This document shows, one piece after another, positions 23,801 to 37,700 of a DNA stretch of 64,000 nt. Each line of letters starts with the position of its first letter. Position 1 is the first letter of the stretch. The position numbers and the translations under genes were made by a program. Source of the stretch: Eledone cirrhosa (lineage: Eukaryota); contig OZ024764.1 of the NCBI GenBank assembly GCA_964016885.1, positions 28,334,001 to 28,398,000 on the forward strand. The letters are read 5' to 3'. The notes beneath the pieces were generated by a model. That model worked only from the letters and a program-made list of their open reading frames with translations. It searched no databases and was not told where the DNA came from.

Positions 23801-26800
23801 CGCCTCTATTTAGCACTCCTAAATGCTGTTTTATGCAGGTCATACAAGAGCGTATACATTTTTGTGGGACAGCTCGTTGTCGCCACTTCTAAATGCTGTT
23901 TTGTGCCGGTCATAGAAGAGCGTATACATTTTTGTGGGACAGCCCATTGTCGCCTCTATTCAGCACTTCTAAATGCTGTTTTGTGCAGGTCATCGAAGAG
24001 CGTATACATTTTTGTGGGACAGCCCATTGTCGCCTCTATTCAGCACTGCTAAATGCTGTTTTGTGCAGGTCATAGAAGAGCGTATACATTTTTGTGGGAC
24101 AGCCCGTTGTCGCCACTATTCAGCACTTCTAAATGCAGTTTTGTGCAGGTCATCGAAGAGCGTATACATTTTTATGGGACAGCCCGTTGTCGCCACTATT
24201 CAGCACTTCTAAATGCTGTTTTATGCAGGTCATACAAGAGCGTATACATTTTTGTGGGACAGCCCGTTGTCGCCTCCTTACAGCACTTCTAAATGCTGTT
24301 TTGTGCAGGTCATCGAAGAGCGTATACATTTTTGTGGGACAGCCCGTTGTCGCCTCTATTCAGCACTTCTAAATGCTGTTTTATGCAGGTCATCGAAGAG
24401 CGTATACATTTTTGTGGGACAGCTCGTTGTTGCCTCCTTTCAGCACTTCTAAATGCTGTTTTGTGCAGGTCATCGAAGAGCGTATACATTTTTGTGGGAC
24501 AGCTTTTTGACGCCTCTATTCAGCACTTCTAAATGCTGCTTTGTGCAGGTCATCGAAGAGCGTATACATTTTTGTGGGACAGCCCGTTGTCGCCTCCTTA
24601 CAGCACTTGCAAATGCTGTTTTGTGCAGGTCATAGAAGAGTGTATACATTTTTGTGGGACAGCTCGTTGTCGCCTCCTTTCAGCACTTCTAAATGCTGCT
24701 TTGTGCAGGTCATCGAAGAGCGCATACATTTTTGTGGGACAGCCCTTTGCCGCCTCTATTCAGCACTTCTAAATGCTGTTTTGGGCAGGTCATAGAAGAG
24801 CGTATACATTTTTGTGGGACAGCCCGTTGTCGCCTATATTCAGCACTCCTAAATGCTGTTTTGTGCAGGTCATCGAAGAGCGTATACATTTTTGTGGGAC
24901 AGCTTTTTGACGCCTCTATTCAGCACTTCTAAATGCTGTTTTATGCAGGTCATCGAAGAGCGTATACATTTTTGTGGGACAGCCCGTTGTCGCCTCTATT
25001 CAGCACTTCTAAATGCTGTTTTATGCAGGTCATCGAAGAGCGTATACATTTTTGTGGGACAGCTCGTTGTTGCCTCCTTTCAGCACTTCTAAATGCTGCT
25101 TTGTGCAGGTCATCGAAGAGCGTATACATTTTTGTGGGACAGCCCTTTGCCGCCTCTATTCAGCACTTCTAAATGCTGCTTTGTGCAGGTCATAGAAGAG
25201 TGTATACATTTTTGTGGGACAGCCCGTTGTCGCCTCCTTACAGCACTTCTAAATGCTGTTTTGTGCAGGTCATCGAAGAGCGTATACATTTTTGTGGGAC
25301 AGCCCTTTGTCGCCTCTATTCAGCACGTTTAAATGCTGTTTTGGGCAGGTCATAGAAGAGTGTATACATTTTTGTGGGACAGCCCTTTGCCACCTATATT
25401 CAGCACTCCTAAATGCTGTTTTGGGCAGGTCATAGAAGAGCGTATACATTTTTGTGGGACAGCCCGTTGTCGCCTTTATTCAGCACTTGTAAATGCTGTT
25501 TTGTGCAGCTCATAGAAGAGCGTATACATTTTTGTGGGACAGCCCTTTGTCGCCTCCCTACACCACTTCTAAGTGCTGCTTTGTGCAGGTCATCGAAGAG
25601 CGTATACATTTTTGTGGGACAGCCCGTTGTCGCCTCCCTACAGCACTTCTAAGTGCTGCTTTGAGCAGGTCATAGAAGAGCGTATACATTTTTGTGGGAC
25701 AGCCCGTTGTCGCCTCTATTCAGCACTCCTAAATGCTGTTTTATGCAGGTCATACAAGAGTGTATACATTTTTATGGGACAGCCCGTTGTCGCCTTTATT
25801 CAGCACTTGCAAATGCTGTTTTGTGCATGTCATCGAAGAGCGTATACATTTTTGTGGGACAGCCCGTTGTCGCCTCTATTCAGCACTTCTACATGCTGTT
25901 TTGGGCAGGTCATAGAAGAGCGTATACATTTTTGTGGGACAGCCCGTTGTCGCCACTATTCAGCACTTCTAAATGCTGTTTTGTGCAGGTCATCGAAGAG
26001 CGTATACATTTTTATGGGACAGCCCGTTGTTGCCACTATTCAGCACTTCTAAATGCTGTTTTGTGCCGGTCATAGAAGAGCGTATACATTTTTGTGGGAC
26101 AGCCCGTTGTCGCCTCTATTCAGCACTTCTACATGCTGTTTTGGGCAGGTCATCGAAGAGCGTATACATTTTTGTGGGACAGCCCGTTGTCGCCTCCCTA
26201 CAGCACTTCTAAGTGCTGCTTTGTGCAGGTCATCGAAGAGCGTATACATTTTTGTGGGACAGCCCGTTGTTGCTTCCCTACAGCACTTCTAAGTGCTGCT
26301 TTGTGCAGCTCATAGAAGTGTATACATTTTTGTGGGACAGCCCGTTGTCGCCTCTATTCAGCACTTCTAAATGCTGTTTTGTGCAGGTCATAGAAGAGCG
26401 TATACATTTTTGTGGGACAGCCCGTTGTCGCCTCTATTCATCACTCCTAAATGCTGTTTTATGCAGGTCATACAAGAGCGTATACATTTTTGTGGGACAG
26501 CCCGTTGTCGCCTCTATTTAGCACTCCTAAATGCTGGTTTATGCAGGTCATACAAGAGCGTATACATTTTTGTGGGACAGCTCGTTGTCGCCACTACTCG
26601 GCACTTCTAAATGCTGTTTTGTGCCGGTCATAGAAGAGCGTATACATTTTTGTGGGACAGCCCATTGTCGCCTCTATTCAGCACTTCTAAATGCTGTTTT
26701 GTGCAGGTCATCGAAGAGCGTATACATTTTTGTGGGACAGCCCATTGTCGCCTCTATTCAGCACTGCTAAATGCTGTTTTGTGCAGGTCATAGAAGAGCG

Positions 26801-27714
26801 TATACATTTTTGTGGGACAGCCCGTTGTCGCCTTTATTCAGTACTTGTAAATGCTGTTTTGTGCAGCTCATAGAAGAGCGTATACATTTTTGTGGGACAG
26901 CCCTTTGTCGCCTCCCTACACCACTTCTAAGTGCTGCTTTGTGCAGGTCATCGAAGAGCGTATACATTTTTGTGGGACAGCCCGTTGTCGCCTCCCTACA
27001 GCACTTCTAAGTGCTGCTTTGAGCAGCTCATAGAAGAGCGTATACATTTTTGTGGGACAGCCCGTTGTCGCCTCCTTACAGCACTTCTAAATGCTACTTT
27101 GTGCAGGACATCGAAGAGCGTATACATTTTTGTGGGACAGCCAGTTGTCGCCTCCTTACAGCACTTCTAAATGCTGTTTTGTGCAGGTCATCGAAGAGCG
27201 TATACATTTTTGTGGGACAGCCCGTTGTCGCCTCCCTACAGCACTTCTAAGTGCTGCTTTGAGCAGCTCATAGAAGAGCGTATACATTTTTGTGGGACAG
27301 CCCGTTGTCGCCTCCTTACAGCACTTCTAAATGCTACTTTGTGCAGGACATCGAAGAGCGTATACATTTTTGTGGGACAGCCAGTTGTCGCCTCCTTACA
27401 GCACTTCTAAATGCTGTTTTGTGCAGGTCATCGAAGAGCGTATACATTTTTGTGGGACAGCCCGTTGTCGCCTCTATTCAGCACTTCTAAATGCTGTTTT
27501 ATGCAGGTCATACAAGAGCGTATACATTTTTGTGGGACAGCGCATTGTCGCCTCCTTTCAGCACTTCTAAATGCTGCTTTGTGCAGGTCATCGAAGAGCG
27601 TATACATTTTTGTGGGACAGCCCGTTGTCGCCTCCCTACAGCACTTCTAAGTGCTGCTTTGTGCAGGTCATAGAAGAGCGTATACATTTTTGTGGGACAG
27701 CCCGTTGTCGCCTC
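17837..27714. repeat. Imperfect tandem block duplication, about 4.9-5.1 kb per copy (17837-22686 and 22715-27714)
   Basis: The same variant order recurs at offsets 4878, 5108 and 5028, changing with whole-monomer gains and losses. Shared markers are the AG deletion at ~21290/26318, CACTACTCGG at ~21564/26592 and the duplicated 3-mer at ~21.9/26.9 kb. Confidence 0.88.
21915..22445. repeat. Tandem 3-mer (240 bp) duplication (GAGCAGCT / TGCTACT..GGACAT / CCAGTT)
   Basis: Markers repeat at offset 240. The same doublet occurs near 27.0, 37.6 and 44.6 kb. Confidence 0.88.
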
Positions 27715-30700
27715 TATTCAGCACTTCTAAATGCTGCTTTTTGCAGGTCATAGAAGAGCGTATACATTTTTGTGGGACAGCCAGTTGTCGCCTCCTTACA
27801 GCACTTCTAAATGCTGTTTTGTGCAGGTCATCGAAGAGCGTATACATTTTTATGGGACAGCCCGTTGTTGCCACTATTCAGCACTTCTAAATGCTGTTTT
27901 GTGCAGGTCATCGAAGAGCGTATACATTTTTGTGGGACAGCCCGTTGTCGCCTCTATTCAGCACTTCTAAATGCTGCTTTTTGCAGGTCATAGAAGAGCG
28001 TATACATTTTTGTGGGACAGCCAGTTGTCGCCTCCTTACAGCACTTCTAAATGCTGTTTTGGGCAGGTCATAGAAGAGCGTATACATTTTTGTGGGACAG
28101 CCCGTTGTCGCCACTATTCAGCACTTCTAAATGCTGTTTTGTGCAGGTCATCGAAGAGCATATACATTTTTATGGGACAGCCCGTTGTTGCCACTATTCA
28201 GCACTTCTAAATGCTGTTTTGCGCAGGTCATCGAAGAGCGTATACATTTTTGTGGGACAGCCCGTTGTCGCCTCCCTACAGCACTTCTAAGTGCTGCTTT
28301 GTGCAGGTCATCGAAGAGCGTATACATTTTTGTGGGACAGCCCGTTGTCGCTTCCCTACAGCACTTCTAAGTGCTGCTTTGTGCAGCTCATAGAAGAGCG
28401 TATACATTTTTGTGGGACAGCCCGTTGTCGCCTCTATTCAGCACTTCTAAATGCTGCTTTGTGCAGGTCGTAGAAGAGCATATACATTTTTGTGGGACAG
28501 CCCATTGTCGCCTCTATTCAGCACTGCTAAATGCTGTTTTGTGCAGGTCATAGAAGAGCGTATACATTTTTGTGGGACAGCCCGTTGTCGCCACTATTCA
28601 GCACTTCTAAATGCAGTTTTGTGCAGGTCATCGAAGAGCGTATACATTTTTATGGGACAGCCCGTTGTCGCCACTATTCAGCACTTCTAAATGCTGTTTT
28701 ATGCAGGTCATACAAGAGCGTATACATTTTTGTGGGACAGCTCGTTGTCGCCTCCTTTCAGCACTTCTAAATGCTGCTTTGTGCAGGTCATCGAAGAGCG
28801 TATACATTTTTGTGGGACAGCCCGTTGTCGCCTCTATTCAGCACTCCTAAATGCTGTTTTATGCAGGTCATACAAGAGCGTATACATTTTTATGGGACAG
28901 CCCGTTGTCGCCTTTATTCAGCACTTGCAAATGCTGTTTTGTGCATGTCATCGAAGAGCGTATACATTTTTGTGGGACAGCCCGTTGTCGCCTCCCTACA
29001 CCACTTCTAAGTGGTTTTGTGCAGGTCATAGAAGAGCGTATACATTTTTGTGGGACAGCCCGTTGTCGCCTTTATTCAGCACTTCTAAATGCTGTTTTGG
29101 GCAGGTCATAGAAGAGCGTATACATTTTTGTGGGACAGCCCGTTGTCGCCTTTATTCAGCACTTCTAAATGCTGTTTTGGGCAGGTCATAGAAGAGTGTA
29201 TACATTTTTGTGGGACAGCTCGTTGTCGCCTCCTTTCAGAACTTCTAAATGCTGCTTTGTGCAGGTCATCGAAGAGCGCATACATTTTTGTGGGACAGCC
29301 CTTTGCCGCCTCTATTCAGAACTTCTAAATGCTGTTTGGGCAGGTCATAGAAGAGCGTATACATTTTTGTGGGACAGCCCGTTGTCGCCTCCTTACAGCA
29401 CTTCTAAATGCTGTTTTGTGCAGGTCATCGAAGAGCGTATACATTTTTGTGGGACAGCTTTTTGACGCCTCTATTCAGCACTTCTAAATGCTGTTTTATG
29501 CAGGTCATCGAAGAGGGTATACATTTTTGTGGGACAGCCCGTTGTCGCCTCTATTCAGCACTTCTAAATGCTGTTTTATGCAGGTCATCGAAGAGCGTAT
29601 ACATTTTTGTGGGACAGCTCGTTGTTGCCTCCTTTCAGCACTTCTAAATGCTGCTTTGTGCAGGTCATCGAAGAGCGTATACATTTTTGTGGGACAGCCC
29701 TTTGCCGCCTCTATTCAGCACTTCTAAATGCTGCTTTGTGCAGGTCATAGAAGAGCGTATACATTTTTGTGGGACAGCCCGTTGTCGCCTCCTTACAGCA
29801 CTTCTAAATGCTGTTTTGTGCAGGTCATCGAAGAGCGTATACATTTTTGTGGGACAGCTTTTTGACGCCTCTATTCAGCACTTCTAAATGCTGTTTTATG
29901 CAGGTCATCGAAGAGCGTATACATTTTTGTGGGACAGCCCGTTGTCGCCTCTATTCAGCACTTCTAAATGCTGTTTTATGCAGGTCATCGAAGAGCGTAT
30001 ACATTTTTGTGGGACAGCTCGTTGTTGCCTCCTTTCAGCACTTCTAAATGCTGCTTTGTGCAGGTCATCGAAGAGCGTATACATTTTTGTGGGACAGCCC
30101 TTTGCCGCCTCTATTCAGCACTTCTAAATGCTGCTTTGTGCAGGTCATAGAAGAGTGTATACATTTTTGTGGGACAGCCCGTTGTCGCCTCCTTACAGCA
30201 CTTCTAAATGCTGTTTTGTGCAGGTCATCGAAGAGCGTATACATTTTTGTGGGACAGCCCTTTGTCGCCTCTATTCAGCACGTCTAAATGCTGTTTTGGG
30301 CAGGTCATAGAAGAGTGTATACATTTTTGTGGGACAGCCCTTTGCCGCCTATATTCAGCACTCCTAAATGCTGTTTTGGGCAGGTCATAGAAGAGCGTAT
30401 ACATTTTTGTGGGACAGCCCGTTGTCGCCTTTATTCATCACTTGTAAATGCTGTTTTGTGCAGCTCATAGAAGAGCGTATACATTTTTGTGGGACAGCCC
30501 TTTGTCGCCTCCCTACACCACTTCTAAGTGCTGCTTTGTGCAGGTCATCGAAGAGCGTATACATTTTTGTGGAACAGCCCGTTGTCGCCTCCCTACAGCA
30601 CTTCTAAGTGCTGCTTTGAGCAGGTCATAGAAGAGCGTATACATTTTTGTGGGACAGCCCGTTGTCGCCTCTATTCAGCACTTCTAAATGCTGCTTTTTG

Positions 30701-31796
30701 CAGGTCATAGAAGAGCGTATACATTTTTGTGGGACAGCTCATTGTCGCCTCCTATCAGCACTTCTAAATGCTGCTTTGTGCAGGTCATCGAAGAGCGTAT
30801 ACATTTTTGTGGGACAGCCCGTTATCGCCTCTATTCAGCACTTGTAAATGCTGCTTTTTGCAGGTCATAGAAGAGCGTATACATTTTTGTGGGACAGCCC
30901 GTTGTCGCCTCCCTACAGCACTTCTAAGTGCTGCTTTGTGCAGGTCATAGAAGAGCGTATATATTTTTGTGGGACAGCCCGTTGTCGCCTCTATTCAGCA
31001 CTTCTAAATGCTGCTTTTTGCAGGTCATAGAAGAGCGTATACATTTTTGTGGGACAGCCAGTTGTCGCCTCCTTACAGCACTTCTAAATGCTGTTTTGTG
31101 CAGGTCATCGAAGAGCGTACACATTTTTGTGGGACAGCCCGTTGTCGCCACTATTCAGCACTTCTAAATGCTGCTTTGTGCAGGTCATCGAAGAGCGTAT
31201 ACATTTTTGTGGGACAGCCCGTTATCGCCTCTATTCAGCACTTGTAAATGCTGCTTTTTGCAGGTCATAGAAGAGCGTATACATTTTTGTGGGACAGCCC
31301 GTTGTCGCCTCCCTACAGCACTTCTAAGTGCTGCTTTGTGCAGGTCATAGAAGAGCGTATATATTTTTGTGGGACAGCCCGTTGTCGCCTCTATTCACCA
31401 CTTCTAAATGCTGCTTTTTGCAGGTTATAGAAGAGCGTATACATTTTTGTGGGACAGCCAGTTGTCGCCTCCTTACAGCACTTCTAAATGCTGTTTTGTG
31501 CAGGTCATCGAAGAGCGTATACATTTTTGTGGGACAGCCCGTTGTCGCCACTATTCAGCACTTCTAAATGCTGTTTTGTGCAGGTCATCGAAGAGCGTAT
31601 ACATTTTTATGGGACAGCCCGTTGTTGCCACTATTCAGCACTTCTAAATGCTGTTTTGTGCCGGTCATAGAAGAGCGTATACATTTTTGTGGGACAGCCC
31701 GTTGTCGCCTCTATTCAGCACTTCTACATGCTGTTTTGGGCAGGTCATCGAAGAGCGTATACATTTTTGTGGGACAGCCCGTTGTCGCCTCCCTAC

Positions 31797-34700
31797 AGCA
31801 CTTCTAAGTGCTGCTTTGTGCAGGTCATCGAAGAGCGTATACATTTTTGTGGGACAGCCCGTTGTCGCTTCCCTACAGCACTTCTAAGTGCTGCTTTGTG
31901 CAGCTCATAGAAGAGTGTATACATTTTTGTGGGACAGCCCGTTGTCGCCTCTATTCATCACTCCTAAATGCTGTTTTATGCAGGTCATACAAGAGCGTAT
32001 ACATTTTTGTGGGACAGCCCATTGTCGCCTCTATTCAGCACTTCTAAATGCTGTTTTATGCAGGTCATACAAGAGCGTATACATTTTTGTGGGACAGCCC
32101 GTTGTCGCCTCTATTTAGCACTCCTAAATGCTGTTTTATGCAGGTCATACAAGAGCGTATACATTTTTGTGGGACAGCTCGTTGTCGCCACTTCTAAATG
32201 CTGTTTTGTGCCGGTCATAGAAGAGCGTATACATTTTTGTGGGACAGCCCATTGTCGCCTCTATTCAGCACTTCTAAATGCTGTTTTGTGCAGGTCATCG
32301 AAGAGCGTATACATTTTTGTGGGACAGCCCATTGTCGCCTCTATTCAGCACTGCTAAATGCTGTTTTGTGCAGGTCATAGAAGAGCGTATACATTTTTGT
32401 GGGACAGCCCGTTGTCGCCACTATTCAGCACTTCTAAATGCTGTTTTATGCAGGTCATACAAGAGCGTATACATTTTTGTGGGACAGCCCGTTGTCGCCT
32501 CCTTACAGCACTTCTAAATGCTGTTTTGTGCAGGTCATCGAAGAGCGTATACATTTTTGTGGGACAGCTTTTTGACGCCTCTATTCAGCACTTCTAAATG
32601 CTGTTTTATGCAGGTCATCGAAGAGGGTATACATTTTTGTGGGACAGCCCGTTGTCGCCTCTATTCAGCACTTCTATATGCTGTTTTATGCAGGTCATCG
32701 AAGAGCGTATACATTTTTGTGGGACAGCTCGTTGTTGCCTCCTTTCAGCACTTCTAAATGCTGCTTTGTGCAGGTCATCGAAGAGCGTATACATTTTTGT
32801 GGGACAGCCCTTTGCCGCCTCTATTCAGCACTTCTAAATGCTGCTTTGTGCAGGTCATAGAAGAGCGTATACATTTTTGTGGGACAGCCCGTTGTCGCCT
32901 CCTTACAGCACTTCTAAATGCTCTTTTGTGCAGGTCATCGAAGAGCGTATACATTTTTGTGGGACAGCTTTTTGACGCCTCTATTCAGCACTTCTAAATG
33001 CTGTTTTATGCAGGTCATCGAAGAGCGTATACATTTTTGTGGGACAGCCCGTTGTCGCCTCTATTCAGCACTTCTAAATGCTGTTTTATGCAGGTCATCG
33101 AAGAGCGTATACATTTTTGTGGGACAGCTCGTTGTTGCCTCCTTTCAGCACTTCTAAATGCTGCTTTGTGCAGGTCATCGAAGAGCGTATACATTTTTGT
33201 GGGACAGCCCTTTGCCGCCTCTATTCAGCACTTCTAAATGCTGCTTTGTGCAGGTCATAGAAGAGTGTATACATTTTTGTGGGACAGCCCGTTGTCGCCT
33301 CCTTACAGCACTTCTAAATGCTGTTTTGTGCAGGTCATCGAAGAGCGTATACATTTTTGTGGGACAGCCCTTTGTCGCCTCTATTCAGCACGTCTAAATG
33401 CTGTTTTGGGCAGGTCATAGAAGAGTGTATACATTTTTGTGGGACAGCCCTTTGCCGCCTATATTCAGCACTCCTAAATGCTGTTTTGGGCAGGTCATAG
33501 AAGAGCGTATACATTTTTGTGGGACAGCCCGTTGTCGCCTTTATTCATCACTTGTAAATGCTGTTTTGTGCAGCTCATAGAAGAGCGTATACATTTTTGT
33601 GGGACAGCCCTTTGTCGCCTCCCTACACCACTTCTAAGTGCTGCTTTGTGCAGGTCATCGAAGAGCGTATACATTTTTGTGGAACAGCCCGTTGTCGCCT
33701 CCCTACAGCACTTCTAAGTGCTGCTTTGAGCAGGTCATAGAAGAGCGTATACATTTTTGTGGGACAGCCCGTTGTCGCCTCTATTCAGCACTTCTAAATG
33801 CTGCTTTTTGCAGGTCATAGAAGAGCGTATACATTTTTGTGGGACAGCTCATTGTCGCCTCCTTTCAGCACTTCTAAATGCTGCTTTGTGCAGGTCATCG
33901 AAGAGCGTATACATTTTTGTGGGACAGCCCGTTATCGCCTCTATTCAGCACTTGTAAATGCTGCTTTTTGCAGGTCATAGAAGAGCGTATACATTTTTGT
34001 GGGACAGCCCGTTGTCGCCTCCCTACAGCACTTCTAAGTGCTGCTTTGTGCAGGTCATAGAAGAGCGTATATATTTTTGTGGGACAGCCCGTTGTCGCCT
34101 CTATTCAGCACTTCTAAATGCTGCTTTTTGCAGGTCATAGAAGAGCGTATACATTTTTGTGGGACAGCCAGTTGTCGCCTCCTTACAGCACTTCTAAATG
34201 CTGTTTTGTGCAGGTCATCGAAGAGCGTATACATTTTTGTGGGACAGCCCGTTGTCGCCACTATTCAGCACTTCTAAATGCTGTTTTGTGCAGGTCATCG
34301 AAGAGCGTATACATTTTTATGGGACAGCCCGTTGTTGCCACTATTCAGCACTTCTAAATGCTGTTTTGTGCAGGTCATCGAAGAGCGTATACATTTTTAT
34401 GGGACAGCCCGTTGTTGCCACTATTCAGCACTTCTAAATGCTGTTTTGCGCAGGTCATCGAAGAGCGTATACATTTTTGTGGGACAGCCCGTTGTCGCCT
34501 CTATTCAGCACTTCTAAATGCTGTTTTGTGCAGGTCATCGAAGAGCGTATACATTTTTATGGGACAGCCTGTTGTCGCCTCTATTCAGCACTTCTAAATG
34601 CTGTTTTATGCAGGTCATACAAGAGCGTATACATTTTTGTGGGACAGCTCATTGTCGCCTCTATTCAGCACTTCTAAATGCAGTTTTGTGCAGGTCATCG

Positions 34701-37700
34701 AAGAGTGTATACATTTTTATGGGACAGCCCGTTGTCGCCACTATTCAGCACTTCTAAATGCTGTTTTATGCAGGTCATACAAGAGCGTATACATTTTTGT
34801 GGGACAGCTCGTTGTCGCCTCCTTTCAGCACTTCTAAATGCTGCTTTGTGCAGGTCATCGAAGAGCGTATACATTTTTGTGGGACAGCCCGTTGTCGCCT
34901 CTATTCAGCACTCCTAAATGCTGTTTTATGCAGGTCATACAAGAGCGTATACATTTTTATGGGACAGCCCGTTGTCGCCTTTATTCAGCACTTGCAAATG
35001 CTGTTTTGTGCATGTCATCGAAGAGCGTATACATTTTTGTGGGACAGCCCGTTGTCGCCTCCCTACACCACTTCTAAGTGGTTTTGTGCAGGTCATAGAA
35101 GAGCGTATACATTTTTGTGGGACAGCCCGTTGTCGCCTTTATTCAGCACTTCTAAATGCTGTTTTGGGCTTGTCATACAAGAGCGTATACATTTTTATGG
35201 GACAGCCCGTTGTCGCCTTTATTCAGCACTTGCAAATGCTGTTTTGTGCATGTCATCGAAGAGCGTATACATTTTTGTGGGACAGCCCGTTGTCGCCTCC
35301 CTACACCACTTCTAAGTGGTTTTGTGCAGGTCATAGAAGAGCGTATACATTTTTGTGGGACAGCCCGTTGTCGCCTTTATTCAGCACTTCTAAATGCTGT
35401 TTTGGGCAGGTCATAGAAGAGTGTATACATTTTTGTGGGACAGCTCGTTGTCGCCTCCTTTCAGCACTTCTAAATGCTGCTTTGTGCAGGTCATCGAAGA
35501 GCGCATACATTTTTGTGGGACAGCCCTTTGCCGCCTCTATTCAGCACTTCTAAATGCTGTTTTGGGCAGGTCATAGAAGAGCGTATACATTTTTGTGGGA
35601 CAGCCCGTTGTCGCCTATATTCAGCACTCCTAAATGCTGTTTTGTGCAGGTCATCGAAGAGCGTATACATTTTTGTGGGACAGCTTTTTGACGCCTCTAT
35701 TCAGCACTTCTAAATGCTGTTTTATGCAGGTCATCGAAGAGCGTATACATTTTTGTGGGACAGCCCGTTGTCGCCTCTATTCAGCACTTCTAAATGCTGT
35801 TTTATGCAGGTCATCGAAGAGCGTATACATTTTTGTGGGACAGCTCGTTGTTGCCTCCTTTCAGCACTTCTAAATGCTGCTTTGTGCAGGTCATCGAAGA
35901 GCGTATACATTTTTGTGGGACAGCCCTTTGCCGCCTCTATTCAGCACTTCTAAATGCTGCTTTGTGCAGGTCATAGAAGAGTGTATACATTTTTGTGGGA
36001 CAGCCCGTTGTCGCCTCCTTACAGCACTTCTAAATGCTGTTTTGTGCAGGTCATCGAAGAGCGTATACATTTTTGTGGGACAGCCCTTTGTCGCCTCTAT
36101 TCAGCACGTCTAAATGCTGTTTTGGGCAGGTCATAGAAGAGTGTATACATTTTTGTGGGACAGCCCTTTGCCGCCTATATTCAGCACTCCTAAATGCTGT
36201 TTTGGGCAGGTCATAGAAGAGCGTATACATTTTTGTGGGACAGCCCGTTGTCGCCTTTATTCAGCACTTGTAAATGCTGTTTTGTGCAGCTCATAGAAGA
36301 GCGTATACATTTTTGTGGGACAGCCCTTTGTCGCCTCCCTACACCACTTCTAAGTGCTGCTTTGTGCAGGTCATCGAAGAGCGTATACATTTTTGTGGGA
36401 CAGCCCGTTGTCGCCTCCCTACAGCACTTCTAAGTGCTGCTTTGAGCAGGTCATAGAAGAGCGTATACATTTTTGTGGGACAGCCCGTTGTCGCCTCTAT
36501 TCAGCACTCCTAAATGCTGTTTTATGCAGGTCATACAAGAGTGTATACATTTTTATGGGACAGCCCGTTGTCGCCTTTATTCAGCACTTGCAAATGCTGT
36601 TTTGTGCATGTCATCGAAGAGCGTATACATTTTTGTGGGACAGCCCGTTGTCGCCTCTATTCAGCACTTCTACATGCTGTTTTGGGCAGGTCATAGAAGA
36701 GCGTATACATTTTTGTGGGACAGCCCGTTGTCGCCACTATTCAGCACTTCTAAATGCTGTTTTGTGCAGGTCATCGAAGAGCGTATACATTTTTATGGGA
36801 CAGCCCGTTGTTGCCACTATTCAGCACTTCTAAATGCTGTTTTGTGCCGGTCATAGAAGAGCGTATACATTTTTGTGGGACAGCCCGTTGTCGCCTCTAT
36901 TCAGCACTTCTACATGCTGTTTTGGGCAGGTCATCGAAGAGCGTATACATTTTTGTGGGACAGCCCGTTGTCGCCTCCCTACAGCACTTCTAAGTGCTGC
37001 TTTGTGCAGGTCATCGAAGAGCGTATACATTTTTGTGGGACAGCCCGTTGTTGCTTCCCTACAGCACTTCTAAGTGCTGCTTTGTGCAGCTCATAGAAGT
37101 GTATACATTTTTGTGGGACAGCCCGTTGTCGCCTATTCAGCACTTCTAAATGCTGTTTTGTGCAGGTCATAGAAGAGCGTATACATTTTTGTGGGACAGC
37201 CCGTTGTCGCCTCTATTCATCACTCCTAAATGCTGTTTTATGCAGGTCATACAAGAGCGTATACATTTTTGTGGGACAGCCCGTTGTCGCCTCTATTTAG
37301 CACTCCTAAATGCTGTTTTATGCAGGTCATACAAGAGCGTATACATTTTTGTGGGACAGCTCGTTGTCGCCACTACTCGGCACTTCTAAATGCTGTTTTG
37401 TGCCGGTCATAGAAGAGTGTATACATTTTTGTGGGACAGCCCGTTGTCGCCTTTATTCAGCACTTGTAAATGCTGTTTTGTGCAGCTCATAGAAGAGCGT
37501 ATACATTTTTGTGGGACAGCCCTTTGTCGCCTCCCTACACCACTTCTAAGTGCTGCTTTGTGCAGGTCATCGAAGAGCGTATACATTTTTGTGGGACAGC
37601 CCGTTGTCGCCTCCCTACAGCACTTCTAAGTGCTGCTTTGAGCAGCTCATAGAAGAGCGTATACATTTTTGTGGGACAGCCCGTTGTCGCCTCCTTACAG

